Assembly: GCA_977017645.1 (NCBI GenBank)
Contig: OZ360239.1
Coordinates: 7,688,001 to 7,752,000 of the forward strand
Origin: Torpedo marmorata
Lineage: Eukaryota
Direction of reading: 5' to 3'
Length of the DNA stretch: 64,000 nt
The notes under the pieces were generated by a model. That model made no database searches, was not told the DNA's origin, and saw nothing but the letters and a program-made list of their open reading frames with translations. This document shows positions 12,101 through 24,560 of this stretch, piece by piece. Within the stretch, counting starts at the first letter, position 1; the number at the start of each line of letters is the position of its first letter. Both the position numbers and the translations under genes were made by a program.

Positions 12101-12775
12101 TGGTTTCCCTCCCCCTGCAAATCTAGTTTAAACCCACCGGAGCAGCATTAGCAAACCTTCCCTCAAGGATATTTGTCCCCCTACAATTCAGATGCAAACC
12201 GTCCCGTCGGAACAGGTCCCACCTTCCCTGGAAGAGAGCCCAATGATCCAGAAACCTGAAGCCCTCCCACCTACACCATGTCTTTAGTCACGTGTTGAGC
12301 TGCATTATCCTCCTATTTCTAAACTCACTAGCACGTGGCACGGGTAGCAATCCTGAGATCACTACCCTGGAGGTCCTGTCCTTCAACCTTGCGCCTAACT
12401 CCCTGAACTCTCCTTGCAGGACCTCCTCACCCTTCCTACCCACGTAGTTAGTCCCTACATGGACCATGACATCTGGCTGCTCACCCTCCCTCCTGAGAAT
12501 GCCGTGAACTCGATCTGAGATATCTCGGACCCTGGCACAGGGAGGCAACATACCATCCGGGATAATCGATCTCCTCCACAGAACCTCTTATCTGTCCCCC
12601 TAACTATGGAATCCCCTATCACTACAGCTCACCTCTGCTCATCCCTTCCCTTCTTAGCCACAGAACCAGACTCCGCGCCTGATCGCCTTGGCTTGTGCCT
12701 GGTAGGTCGTCCCCCTCAACAGTATCCAAAATGGTATACTAGTTTTTCAGGGGAACGCCCACAGGGGTGCCCTAC
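9122..12775 (-). mobile_element. CR1-clade LINE (HER1-like), 5'-truncated, nearly complete ORF2 and 3' half of ORF1, inactive
   Basis: ORF1 SGNH esterase blocks (VIGDSIVRG, HVGTN, DGLHLN; TAG at 12123-12125). ORF2 12120-9197: APE (FNARSI, ISETWL, VGDFN) and RT (PGNYRP, DFSQAFD, GVPQGSVLGP). Lesions: stops at 11485 and 10702, a 1-nt deletion near 10038, FADD changed to FADN. 3' tail TGTGCTGTAGTGTTCTATGGTTCTAT. Confidence 0.95.
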
Positions 12776-13857
12776 ATCTTGCAAATGCTCTGATTTTAAT
12801 TTAAAAGAACCAAAATATTTTATGGACATCCACGTATATTTTTTAATTCTGCACTCTCGTTGTACAGACCCTTTCGTTGCTTGTACAAGAGTAGGGATTT
12901 GGGCGCAGATAAAGGAATGAATGTGTTTTATTTTGAAACATCGCAATTCCATCCGGGAGTTTATTGTTTTGGATCTCCCTGAGCTAAATCCTGGAAGCTG
13001 GGTGGTCTCGGGATTTCTCTGACATGCGTCTCACCTCCTGCAAACAATTTATCACCCGCCAGACGAGACGTGTCACCTTCACCAGCTCTTAATTTATGGC
13101 GAGTTTGTTTTTTGTAGCAACCAGACTGCCAGTTCAACAGGACAGTAACAAATTCGGGAAGGGACCGCGCTGAAAGTTTTATGAAGAGAGTTTAAAAATA
13201 TATATATATAGATAGACATATTTAGTTCAGGGATAAGAAAATAACCAATGAATTAATGTACTTACTCACTACCCGCTTGAAACAGGACCTTCTCATCATT
13301 TAATAGACGTTAGTGGCTATCCTGCCGCAGGTGTGTGTACTGGAGTTTCGAGTCGCTGACAATTACAAATAATGACGAGAAAATTAACCTTGAGTTGAGG
13401 TACGCAGATCATTCTCTGCAATGCTTTGTGTAGGAAGGAAGCAGAATTAAAACAGTGTAATTTCCCTTTGTTGTTTGAAGATGAGGAATTATGTCTCTCG
13501 TCTTGTTCGCTCCACCTGTCATAATACCCTGGAGTTTTCCCTGCACATAATTGTCTCAATAGCAAAGAGGACCCGTAAAATACTTGCCCAACGCGAGAAA
13601 TCATGTTTGCCTTGAAAAGTCACGTTAAGTACCATTGGGTTCTCCTCAGACTGCCTTTGTAGAGCTGTACAGTATCACTACAGTAGAGGATATTTATAGC
13701 AAACTATTGCTGTCTGTGCGTAAAAATCTGTAAGTAGGAGATGCATAAATTGATATATATTGTGCGTGACATTGCCGACTCGTCATAAGCAGAATCCTTA
13801 TAAATCTATGAAAAGAGATTGTAATAATTGACTCATTTGACTGTGTGTGAGGTTGGA

Positions 13858-14074
13858 TCAGCGTTAGCGCAAAGCTGTTACAGCGCCAGCTCCGCGGGTT
13901 CGAATCCCGCGCTGTCTGTAAGGAGTTTATAGGTTTTCCCGGGGGCTCGGGTTTCCTCCCACCCACCCTTCAAAACGTACCAGGGGTTGTAGGTTAAGTG
14001 GGTGTAATTGGGGGGCACGGGCTCGTGGGCCGGAAGGGCCTGTTACCGCGCTGTATGTCTAAATTAAAAAAAAA
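13858..14074 (+). mobile_element. V-SINE (HE1-like), internally deleted
   Basis: B box GGTTCGAATCCC and tail GGGCCGGAAGGGCCTGTTACCGCGCTGTATGTCTAAA. Confidence 0.85.
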
Positions 14075-14589
14075 TATTAGGTGCTATTCATGTGATGATA
14101 TGGAGTGTTTTTCTCTGTTAAAAGGAGCTAAACAAAGGAGCGGTATTCCAGCAATTTAACGCCACGTGCACATTACCCAAAACCACCCCCAAGCAACGTT
14201 ACTTCTGACGATCAGAATACGCGATAAAAGTACCAAGAGTAATTAAAATATGACAAAATAAAATATGGTCGAACTAATGTATTCACTCAGCGAGTGTAAA
14301 CTGTTTTCTCGGGGAGAAAAGAATGTCAAGATCCCAACTGCATAATTAAATCCGTCTTTGATTATAAATACAAAATATGCGGCTCAAAGACGAGTTTGGT
14401 TTCGAAAATTTCACACATTCCATCGAATGCTCAAACGTATCTCTCTTTCAAGCTTTATACCTGCTGCAACACACATATACGTTTATACGTTTCGGTATTT
14501 AACCTCTAGTAAAAACGAAATACAAAACAAAACTACATGGAAATATAACAGACATTACAATTTTGTTAAATAACCAAAGCATTTTCATG

Positions 14590-14722
14590 CCTTGATGAAG
14601 GCCCGAAACGTCGGTTATGTATCTTTATCTTTGCTACATAAAGAACGCTGCGAGACTTGCTGAGTTTCTCCAGCATTTTTGTGTGAACAATCACAGCATC
14701 TGCAGATTTTCTTGTTTAACTC
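14590..14722 (+). mobile_element. Penelope-terminus mini-element with hammerhead-like core (stem II deleted)
   Basis: CCTTGATGAAGGCCCGAAACGTCGGTTATG...GCTGAGTTTCTCCAGCA...TCTGCAGA. Confidence 0.85.
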
Positions 14723-15896
14723 CTTATGCATACATCTATTTATTTTAAAGTACAAATATATTGCAGTAACTATGCATTTTCAGAATTTGTAAATGCCATG
14801 AGATCTGGCTAATGCGCCTTTGAAATGCAAATCTATACTCCAGTATAAAGAGATGATAAAAATCTTAGTCATTCGCCTCAAAGAAATGCTTGGGGAACGG
14901 TATGTGATTATTTGAGGCTTTGCTGTCCCTTTACAATTTGACAATAAGATAGCGTTGATTTCTTATCACATAGACAAAATAATGTGAAATCAAACTACTG
15001 TACACTGGAGGAATTTTATTCTCCAACCTTTGGCTAGCCAGAAATGAGCAAAGAAATTTGACTAACAGCGCCTCGTGGTGGCCAGGGCTGGTAGAGCGGT
15101 TGAATTAAATCCTGAAGCTCAGGCGCATATCAGACAGCAATTTCAAATAACCAGCCTTTCCAGGTTTTTAACAGAACGGGCCTGTTCCAATGAAAGATCT
15201 TCAAACTGTTAACTCATTTCTCCTTTGTTTGACTTCAGATTTCCAGCGCCTTCAGTTTCCTATCTTCCAAGACCAGCGTTGTCTTTCAGTTCCCGCACAG
15301 CTTCAGCGGGCAAGAGAGCATTGGTCTTCCACAGTTGGAATCCATGACGAGTCTCCATTGGAGGACATGTGGAGAAACTCGACATTCTGAAATCGCAAGA
15401 AGCTTGGGATTTCAGAATTCATCCTGGTATTTTGAGGTACACGTTGGAAGTCCGGTGTGGAACTGCTCACATTTCCCAGCAAGTTCTGACAATGGGTTAT
15501 TGATTCAGTAAAGTCTTCCAAAAGTATAATGAAGTTTCTGAACCATAAAATGTTGAAACAGATGCTACCATATTTGTTCGTTGTTAGTAAATCATAAACT
15601 ACTTCAGAAGCACCAAAAGGGGAAGTCCCTGAAGCAACAGAGTGGGGGTGGGGGTGGGGTGAAATGACAAGGTTGCCACAGTGGTGGCAATGGGGTATTG
15701 AGAGAACAAATGTAACAATGTACATTGATGAGAATGTATAGATGTGACTGACATTATGGGTGTAAAAAAGACTTTGAATGGTTTTCTTTTTTGTAAATAA
15801 TTTATTGTGAATAAAGTCTATTTTTGGTTAAAAAGATCTGTATGCACAACTGAAACACCACATTTTTTCTTGCAATAACTACAACTGTGAATATTT

Positions 15897-16134
15897 AAAT
15901 TTAATTTTTTTACATTTAGACATACAGCACGGTAACAGGCCATTTCGGCCCACAAGTCCATGCCACCCAATTTACACCCAATTAACCTACAACCCCTGGT
16001 ACGTTTCGAACGGTGGGAGGAAACTGGAGCCCCCGGGGAAAACCCAGGCAGACACGGGGAAAACGTACAAACTCCTTACAGACAACGGTTCTGATCGCTG
16101 GCACTGTAACAGCGTTGCGCCAACCGTGCCGCCC
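15897..16134 (-). mobile_element. V-SINE (HE1-like)
   Basis: Reverse complement of the 1802-2068 family. Confidence 0.88.
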
Positions 16135-16389
16135 ACCTTTTATCCATACTTTTATATTTAGTATATCTTTTTCTGATCGGCATGATGTGGTAATATAATT
16201 GATGCTATAGTAGTTGGTGTATCTTATGTACTGTGTGGTTAGAATTTCGGTGCATCTGTACGTTGTACTTATGTATAAGACAATAAACTCTCATCATCAT
16301 CACATCTTTACATTTATCACACATTTCCTGCTGGTGTTTTCCACTGGAGGGTAACCCTAAAACACATTTTACATATCTTTCAGAGGATG

Positions 16390-17066
16390 TAATCAAGACC
16401 AGCTGGAATACAGTATAAGAGCAAGGATGTGATGTTGAGGCTTTATAAGGCACTGGCGAGACCTCACTTAGAGTAGTGTGAAAAGTTTTGGGCTCCTCAT
16501 TTAAGAAAGGATGTGCTGACGTTAGAGAGGGTTCAGAGAGGTTCATGATGATTCCGGGAATGAAAGGGTTATCATATGAGGAGCGTTTGATGGCTCTTGG
16601 CCTGTACTCGTTGGAATTTAGGAGAATGAGGGGGATCTCATTGAAACATTTTGAATGTTGAAAGGCATGGACAGCGTAGATGTAGAAAGGTTGTTTCCCA
16701 CGGTAGGAGAGTCCAGGACAAGAGGGAGATTAGAACAGAGATGCGGAAGAATTTCTTGAGACAGAGGGTGGTGAATCTGTGGTTGTGGAGGCCAAGTTAT
16801 TGGGTGTATTTAAGGCAGAGATGGATAGGGTGTTGATTAGCCAGGGCATCAAAGGTTGTGGGGGGAAGGCCGGGCAGTGGAGCTGAGAAGGGGTCAGGCC
16901 CAAAACATCAGTTATTTACGTTTACCTCCTATGGACGTTGTGAGATCTGCTGAGTTCCTCCAGCATTTCTGTGTTTTTACTAAAGGAAAATAGATCAGCT
17001 CATGATTGAATGGTGGGCAGTCTCAATGGGCTGAATAGCCTATTTCTGGTCCTATATCTTATGGTC
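16390..17066 (+). mobile_element. CR1 3' fragment with nested Penelope terminus (~16883-16981)
   Basis: AGGCTTTATAAGGCACTGG, GAGAGGGTTCAGAGAGGTTCA, GGGATCTCATTGAAAC; tail CCTATATCTTATGG. Confidence 0.85.
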
Positions 17067-17282
17067 CAGCAAGTAGTTGTTCTCTTCATGAACCTCTTAC
17101 GCTCATCCACTTTAACTTTCCACTCTCCCACCCCCACCCACCACCCCCCCCACCCACCCCCCCCCACCTTCTTGGAATGATCCTCTGCTAGCTAATGCAG
17201 GTTACCACCCAGAGATTTTGTGAAGACCACATTTGGGGTATTGAGTGTAGTTCTGGTCGCTTAGCTGGAAAGGGTGCAGAAA

Positions 17283-17511
17283 GGGCGGCACGGTTAGCAT
17301 AGTAGTTAGCGCAACACTATTACAGCGCCAGTGACTCAGGTTCAAATCTGGCGCTGTCTGCAAGGAGTTTGTGGGTTCACCCCGTGACCTGCCTGGGTTT
17401 TCCCTGGGCGCACCACCCTCCAAAATATATGAGCTTCGTAGGTTAATTGGGTTTCATGGCCTGAAAGAGCCTTCCAACTGTGCGGTGTCATTAAAAAAAT
17501 TAAAAATTAAA
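17283..17511 (+). mobile_element. V-SINE inserted in a CR1 fragment (CR1 ~17220-17960)
   Basis: Head GGGCGGCACGGTTAGCATAGTAGTTAGCGC; the flanking CR1 reads through GGGTGCAGAAA / ACATTCACAGGA. Confidence 0.8.
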
Positions 17512-18333
17512 TAACATTCACAGGAACTGGAGGGCTTGAGTTACAAGGATAGGCTGGACTCTCCCCCCCACCCCCCTCCACAAACCCGGAACATAGGAAA
17601 CTAAGAGGTAACCATGTGGAGGTGTTTAAAATCATGAGGGGTATGTCAGTCTTTTACCCAGGCCAGGGGAGTCTAAAACTAAAGGACATAAGCTTAAGTC
17701 AAGAGAGGAAAGATTTATAGGTGACATGAGAGGCAATTTCTTTCACACAGAGGGTAGTGGGTATGTGAAACAGGCTGCTAAAGGAAGTGGCAGGTGTGGC
17801 TATAATTCCAATGCTTAAATAGACAGGTACATGGTTAGGAAAGGTTTAGAGATATATGGGCCAAATGCAGGCAAAAGAGACTAGATCAGGTATGACATTG
17901 GCCAGCATGGATGAGTTGATCCAAAGGACCTGTTTCTATGCTGTATAGCTCTGTGACTATGATTTGAGCATAAATATCCAGTCTGATACTCCAGGGCAGA
18001 AATGAGGGAATGAGGGAATAGTTTTGGATGGAAAACAAAGGATCTCTTGCTGGATTTGAAAGATTCAATGTCACAATTAAGGAGAGCAAGGAAATACTGG
18101 CCAATGTTCATTGCCTTCTCAATTTATTAAGAACTCAATAATCCTTCTTCGGAGATACCTTTTGTGGATATCATGGTGCGTAAGGTTAGGAAAGCACTGC
18201 GAGTACCTCCCTTAAAACCTCATTTGATACAGCCAATGTGTATTTTATTTTTGATGATGCATAATGCTTTCAGTCATATTTATTTTTAGTTGAATCAACA
18301 TGGAGTATGAATTAACCAGACAAAATTATAGAC

Positions 18334-19179
18334 TAGGGGTGGCCAAACCGCAACTTGCGAGCCACATGCGGTTCTTTGACATATAATGTGCGGCTCACGG
18401 AAATATGTTAGCTGAGACCGGAATCATACGAGCCAGTGCTCACAATGGTAGTTTTAGTGGGCGCAACTTGCAATTGAAAATATTTGGTATGTACACCGTA
18501 TATATGCGTGTAAAAGTCAACCCCCTATTTTTGTCCACAGCTGCCCTCCCATCCGGGTTCCCGATGCCCAACTGTGGACTCTCGTCTAGGCCCCGACCAC
18601 CCGCCCATCCGAGCTCCCGACACCCCGAACGACGCAGGTAATTTTGTGGTCGCATGTAATAGTCAACCCCCTAAATTTTATCCTAAAAAGTTGGTCCACA
18701 TAATTCGACTATGTGTACTTTTCAATTATTGAAACTAATATAAATGAGCTGTTGCCGGGAAGCTTTGGAGTTTTTCTTTCTTTTATATTTGAAATTAGTA
18801 ATTATATAAACATTGCCGACCACTTGTTTCATTTAGTTTTTTTTCTTTGTGGGGGGAGGTTTGGGGTAATTGGGTTTTTTAATTTTTTTATTATATATGT
18901 TACTTTTATTGTATTACTATATAATGTGATATCTGTTTTTGAAGTATTTTGTTTTATTGTTTGTTAAAAATGAAAATAAAATATTTTTTTAAAAAACGAC
19001 ATACATGAATAAATATTATTACATACATGTATTTCTTAATATTTGCATAACATTTTTGTAACAAAATGTGCATGTAAGAGTAAAAATGTGTATGTAATAT
19101 TTTTTCATGTCTTGCAGCTCTCAAATATCTAAAGTTTATCGCATGTGGCTCTTACGTTAAGCAAGTTTGGCCACCTCTG
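18334..19179. mobile_element. Non-autonomous hAT (Charlie-like) element with 8-bp TSD
   Basis: TIR TAGGGGTGGCCAAAC / GTTTGGCCACCTCTG; subterminal GAGCCACATGC / GCATGTGGCTC; TSD TTATAGAC at 18326-18333 and 19180-19187; probable nested MITE ~18495-18715. Confidence 0.88.
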
Positions 19180-19788
19180 TTATAGACCATTCATTATATA
19201 CTGTAAGGTTGTGATCACATTGGTGTAGGTGGGATCTTGGTGTGCACACAAGGCGGCTCTGTGGAAGCGAGGTCGTTGGGTGTATTTAAGGCAGAGATTG
19301 ACAGGTATTTGATTAGTCAGGGCATCAAGGGTTACGGGGAGAAAGCCGGGAGGTGGGGCTGAGTGGGAGGATGGATCAGCTCCTGATTAGAATGGCGGGG
19401 CAGACTCGATGGGCCGATGGGCCTACTTCTGCTCCTATATCTTGTGATCTTTATTCAGGTGTCTGCCTGCATTCTTTTTATTCCTGGCAAAGGGCTCAGG
19501 ACTGAAACGCTGGTCACCCTTCACTTCCTATGGACGCTGCGTGACCTGCTAAGTTGCTCCAGAACATTTGTGTACTGCTCAATACCTGTTCCCTTTCAAC
19601 AAGGTTTCCATTGTGAAGAACTATGTTGGTCACCACATAGTTATTTCATTTCTGAGACGGGGCGGGTTGAGTGGGAGGGGGCATGTTTCAATCTTGTTCT
19701 CCTACAGTGCAAGGCTTATCCTTCCTGTCCTCTCTTTACAAGTTCTCTCCCTGACTCAAATGTCCTGCAGGATTTTAATAACCAGTTA

Positions 19789-20415
19789 CACTGGACAATG
19801 AAGATTTTGCTTCCAGAACACTTTTGGAATTTATGGATTATTTTATGTATTTTATGGATTTTGGGCTGCTGATCACGAAAATCACCTTAAAATTTTCCTA
19901 TCGCATACCGTTTTTTATATATAACCTATTTTTGTGATTTACTGTCATATTTTAAGTCTACTTCAAGCATACAAAACCATGAAGTGCAACATGTCATTGA
20001 AAATTCACTTTCTGCATTCACTCTTGGACCTTCCCTGCTGATCTTGGTGCAGTCAGTGACGAACATGGTGAAAGGTTTCACCAGGACATTGCGACCATGG
20101 GAAAGCAGTATCAGGGCAACTGGAATTCATCAATGCTGGCTGACTATTGTTGGACACTGACACGAGAGGCATCAGATGCTGAGTGCAAACGAAAATCAGC
20201 GGCAAAACATTTTTAGGTCAGTTGAACTAACGCAATGTGTCAGCATCATTATGCGATTAAACATGTTAAATTCAATAAAAGTTAATTTAATGTTTCTCCA
20301 ACTTCCTATGTGATACAGCAAATCTGAAATTATCTTTGTGTTCAGCTTGAAGTTATCTATCATAATCCCCAATTTTCTTCCAGGAAACAAACCTTCTCAA
20401 ACCAATTGTCCAGTG
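19789..20415 (+). mobile_element. Chapaev3-like (CMC superfamily) DNA transposon, internal-deletion derivative
   Basis: TIR CACTGGACAA / TTGTCCAGTG with TTA / TTT flanks; 19961-20216 translates (one frameshift) LQAYKTMKCNMSLKIHFLHS../FPADLGAVSDEHGERFHQDIATMGKQYQGNWNSSMLADYCWTL...*. Confidence 0.75.
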
Positions 20416-21339
20416 TTTTGTTTGATTTGATGTTAACTACCAGAAGGAGACCTGATTTTTGTCAAATGCTACAGATGGCTTCTATTGAAAATCAACTAAC
20501 AATTTGCAAATAAAATGTAAGCCAGGAATTTAACACAGAATAAATACATGGCCCCATCATTATGTGCTGTCAGATTGAATAGACGGTACATGAACAGTCT
20601 CCTGCATGGTAGAGGTCTATTTAGAATTCATCTCCAAGATATTGTTAAAATCTTATTAAAGTGCTTCTCCGATTTCCATTCTCTTGAACTGTCCTGGAGG
20701 CATTGACTGGGTTTGGTGTGGACCTGTGCTTTTTTTTTAGCCTTTGTTACTAACGAACAATAACTTTTGTTTGCAACTTGAGATAACTTGCAATGTGCAG
20801 GTGCCTCCATATCAGGTTCTCTACAGGTGCGGTGGGCATATTAAACATGAAGAGGTCTGTTCAAAAATATATGTAATGGTGTCAGCTATTAAATCCAAAT
20901 CAGCCCCTAATAGTAACAAAAGTGATTCTAAATCTTCAATTTGATCTTTAATGTGACATTGTTTCAATTATAATTTTCTTTTAGCCAATAGGCATAAGTA
21001 CTGGGGAACCTTTATGAAGTAGGCAGTGGCTACTTTACTGGGCTAATAAGACAGATTGTCAGACTAATAATTCAGTCGATTGATAGTTTAAGTCCCTCTG
21101 TGGGAATTTGTAATGAGATTAAAAACATCTGGAAATGTTTTAAACTGCTGTCAGTAAAACTAAGCATAAATATGCAATAAAGAATGTGATACAAACCTCA
21201 GATTCAGTATTGTCTCCTAAGGAACTAAAATCTTCTTTTCTTGCCCAATTTAGCCTTCAGACTCCATTTAGTGGGGTTTATAAGTGGTCTCTCTGTCCTT
21301 GACAAATTAGGGAGAGCTTCATGACTTTTGGGGAAAGAA

Positions 21340-21545
21340 CAGTGCAGCTAATAAACTTACTGTCTCACAGCTTCAGCGACCCAGTCCAATCCTGACCTCC
21401 ACTGTTGTCCGCATGGAGTTTCCTTGTTCTCCCCGTAACCGTATGAGTTTCCTCTGATGCCACGGTTCCACCCATATCCCAAAAAATGTGTGGATTGTTG
21501 GGTCAATTGGCCATTACAAATTACCCTGAGGGTGTAGATAAGTGG
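21340..21545 (+). mobile_element. Degraded V-SINE
   Basis: GGAGTTTCCTTGTTCTCCCCGTAACCGTATGAGTTTCCTC is a V-domain remnant. Confidence 0.6.
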
Positions 21546-21677
21546 TAATATCTGGAAGGAATTGATGGAATGTAGAGACCATAAAATGGGATTTGTGTAG
21601 AGGAGGTTCCAGAGTCAGGTTCAATTACAATAGTTCAAAGACATTTGGACTGATACATCAATGGGAAAGGTTTAGAG

Positions 21678-21883
21678 TAGCCATTCTCAACGGGGGCCAC
21701 AGCACATTTAAGTAAAAGCCTTGTTTTCTTTTCACCTCACTTAACACAATTTAAAAAAAATGTTTTTAAAATAAGTATGGAAGAAACCAACTAAACTTGA
21801 CTGTTTCACAGGGAAGGGGGCCCATAAACTTTGAGCAGAGTCCTCAGGGGGCCATATCCAAAACAAAGAGTTGAGATTGGCTG
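21678..21883. mobile_element. hAT MITE with 8-bp TSD, inserted in a CR1 tail
   Basis: TIR TAGCCATTCTCAAC / GTTGAGATTGGCTG; TSD GTTTAGAG at 21670-21677 and 21884-21891. Confidence 0.85.
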
Positions 21884-23695
21884 GTTTAGAGGATTAAGGG
21901 CCAAATGGAAGAAAATGGGATTAACATGCATTGATGTCATGGACAAGTTGGGCTGAAGGGCCTGCTTCCTTGTTGTTCAACTGTATGAATCTATAATTGG
22001 AATAAATGGATGGTTGATGGTTGGAACAGACACTGTTGGCCCATTTGGACTCAGTTGTCAAACCGTATGAGTCTATGAACCCTTATCCCAATAGTTCAGT
22101 CTGACATCAATGCATCTGACACTTGACTGATAATGCTGATTAGCAAGCCAACCAGATGTACTGCACAGCAAGTACAAAATCTCATGACAAGCTCCTTCTC
22201 TGGACCATTGGGGGTGGCCAAAAACAGCAGTCATTGCCTGGGAAAAAGTGTGTAATGATAGAGGCAAACAGTATTTGCTTCCAGGAATTCAGGGTGAATC
22301 ATGGCTTAAATGGAAAGTAGAACTGCTTCTACTCTACTGCAGCAATGTGCTTAATATCACAGTGTGCAACGTTAATAATCAATGTCACTATCTCAGCTAG
22401 AGTCTTAACTTTAATATTAATTCTGTTTTTATTTCAATGGTGGAAACTGGGCAGTTTATCGATAACGATTAAGACAAGTGGTCTCTCCCTCTACCTATCT
22501 CTCCACCTCTCCCACCTTCTGTCCATTATCCTTTCACCTCTTGACCCCTCCCAGCTTCTTCCCCCTTCATATTTGTAATGTCACCCCCTTTTTTACTTTA
22601 GTCTCTGTAAAGGGTCCCGACCCAAAATGCTGACTGACCATTTCTACCCATGGATATTGCCTGGCCTGCTGAGTTCCCCAAGTAGTTCATTGTTTAATGA
22701 AGACAATTGACTGGTGCAATAAAAGACCCCTCTTTTGGCCATTTCTAAATTCAATGTACCTGTATATCCCGCGTGAGACTTCAGAATGAGACAGAAAATA
22801 ATTGTCAGTTGCATTTAGGTAAGAAAACAACAAACATATTTACTGGGACAGGAGTTGAGGTATCTCGTTCAGCTGATTCGTGGCAAGTTTAGTCTGTGCC
22901 TTGCTCTGCTGTACCTCTTCTGACAGTGTTTGACATTGATGTTTGGGTACCTGAAGATTTTCATTCCTTGTTTCACCGGTTATTACTTGCTAATATTGCT
23001 CTGTGATAGACACAATTGTGCCAAAACACCAGATTCAGTCGAATCTACTTCATCCCAAATCACCTGTTTGTATGGTCTGTCTGGAGGTAAAGGATTTTTC
23101 ATTTACATAGCACCTTTAGTGGCATCAGGGTGATCCATTCTGGTTTAAAATAATGAAGAGTACATTCTCTCTTCTAAGGTAGCAAAGGCAGCTGCCAGTT
23201 TGCACATAGCAAGGTTACACAAACAGCCAAAGGTTGCATAATATTAACAACACGAAAAGCTGCAGATTCTAGAACCTTGATTAAACAAAGAGAAGCTAGA
23301 GGCTCTCAACATGTCAGGCAGCATCCATGGAGAGAAATCGTCAGTTAATATTTTGGGTCAAGAATTGGGACCCTTTCTCAGCCTTGACTTGGTTGACAAT
23401 TTAATGCATCCACAGGGCTAAGAGTACCCCTCCAACTATAGCTTGTTTCAACAGGTAAACCCGGGTTTCCCCATTAGTTCTAAGATCAAGAGGTTAATTG
23501 TTGATTTAATTCACAAGTTTGACATTGGTACTAAACAATGATGTATGTTTTTTTTGCAGATACAGATTGATTTACATTGCCTCTCGGACAATTCAACCCA
23601 AAACACTAACGCTGTTTCCCTCTGCACAGATGCTATCTGACCTGCTGTAAATTTGCAGCTATCTTTAGTTTTACAGTATGTTTGTTTGACATGGT

Positions 23696-24560
23696 NNNNN
23701 NNNNNNNNNNNNNNNNNNNNNNNNNNNNNNNNNNNNNNNNNNNNNNNNNNNNNNNNNNNNNNNNNNNNNNNNNNNNNNNNNNNNNNNNNNNNNNNNNNNN
23801 NNNNNNNNNNNNNNNNNNNNNNNNNNNNNNNNNNNNNTGAGAGAGTGAGAGAGAGTGAGAGAGTGTGTGAGAGAGAGAGAGTGTGTGAGAGAGNNNNNNN
23901 NNNNNNNNNNNNNNNNNNNNNNNNNNNNNNNNNNNNNNNNNNNNNNNNNNNNNNNNNNNNNNNNNNNNNNNNNNNNNNNNNNNNNNNNNNNNNNNNNNNN
24001 NNNNNNNNNNNNNNNNNNNNNNNNNNNNNNNNNNNNNNNNNNNNNNNNNNNNNNNNNNNNNNNNNNNNNNNNNNNNNNNNATGTTTTCCAGGAGGCCACC
24101 CTTGTCAATGTTCACATTTATGTGGGTTATATTTGTGCATGTGTTTAGCAAATGATGAGTGTGATAAGTGTGTATGATCGCATATTTATTGTGACAATGT
24201 AACAGTGTACGTGTGTGTGTCAGCATATACATTTGTCTGTTAGTGTGTACATGCTTGTATGACTACACCANNNNNNNNNNNNNNNNNNNNNNNNNNNNNN
24301 NNNNNNNNNNNNNNNNNNNNNNNNNNNNNNNNNNNNNNNNNNNNNNNNNNNNNNNNNNNNNNNNNNNNNNNNNNNNNNNNNNNNNNNNNNNNNNNNNNNN
24401 NNNNNNNNNNNNNNNNNNNNNNNNNNNNNNNNNNNNNNNNNNNNNNNNNNNNNNNNNNNNNNNNNNNNNNNNNNNNNNNNNNNNNNNNNNNNNNNNNNNN
24501 NNNNNNNNNNNNNNNNNNNNNNNNNNNNNNNNNNNNNNNNNNNNNNNNNNNNNNNNNNNN
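23696..24560. repeat. N runs interleaved with (GA/GT)n simple repeats
   Basis: Unmasked islands are GAGAGT- or GT-rich; the hidden content is unknown. Confidence 0.6.

Noticed and set aside
15303-15725. 140-aa minus-strand ORF
   Set aside because: No recognisable homology in the frames I tried and no splice context.
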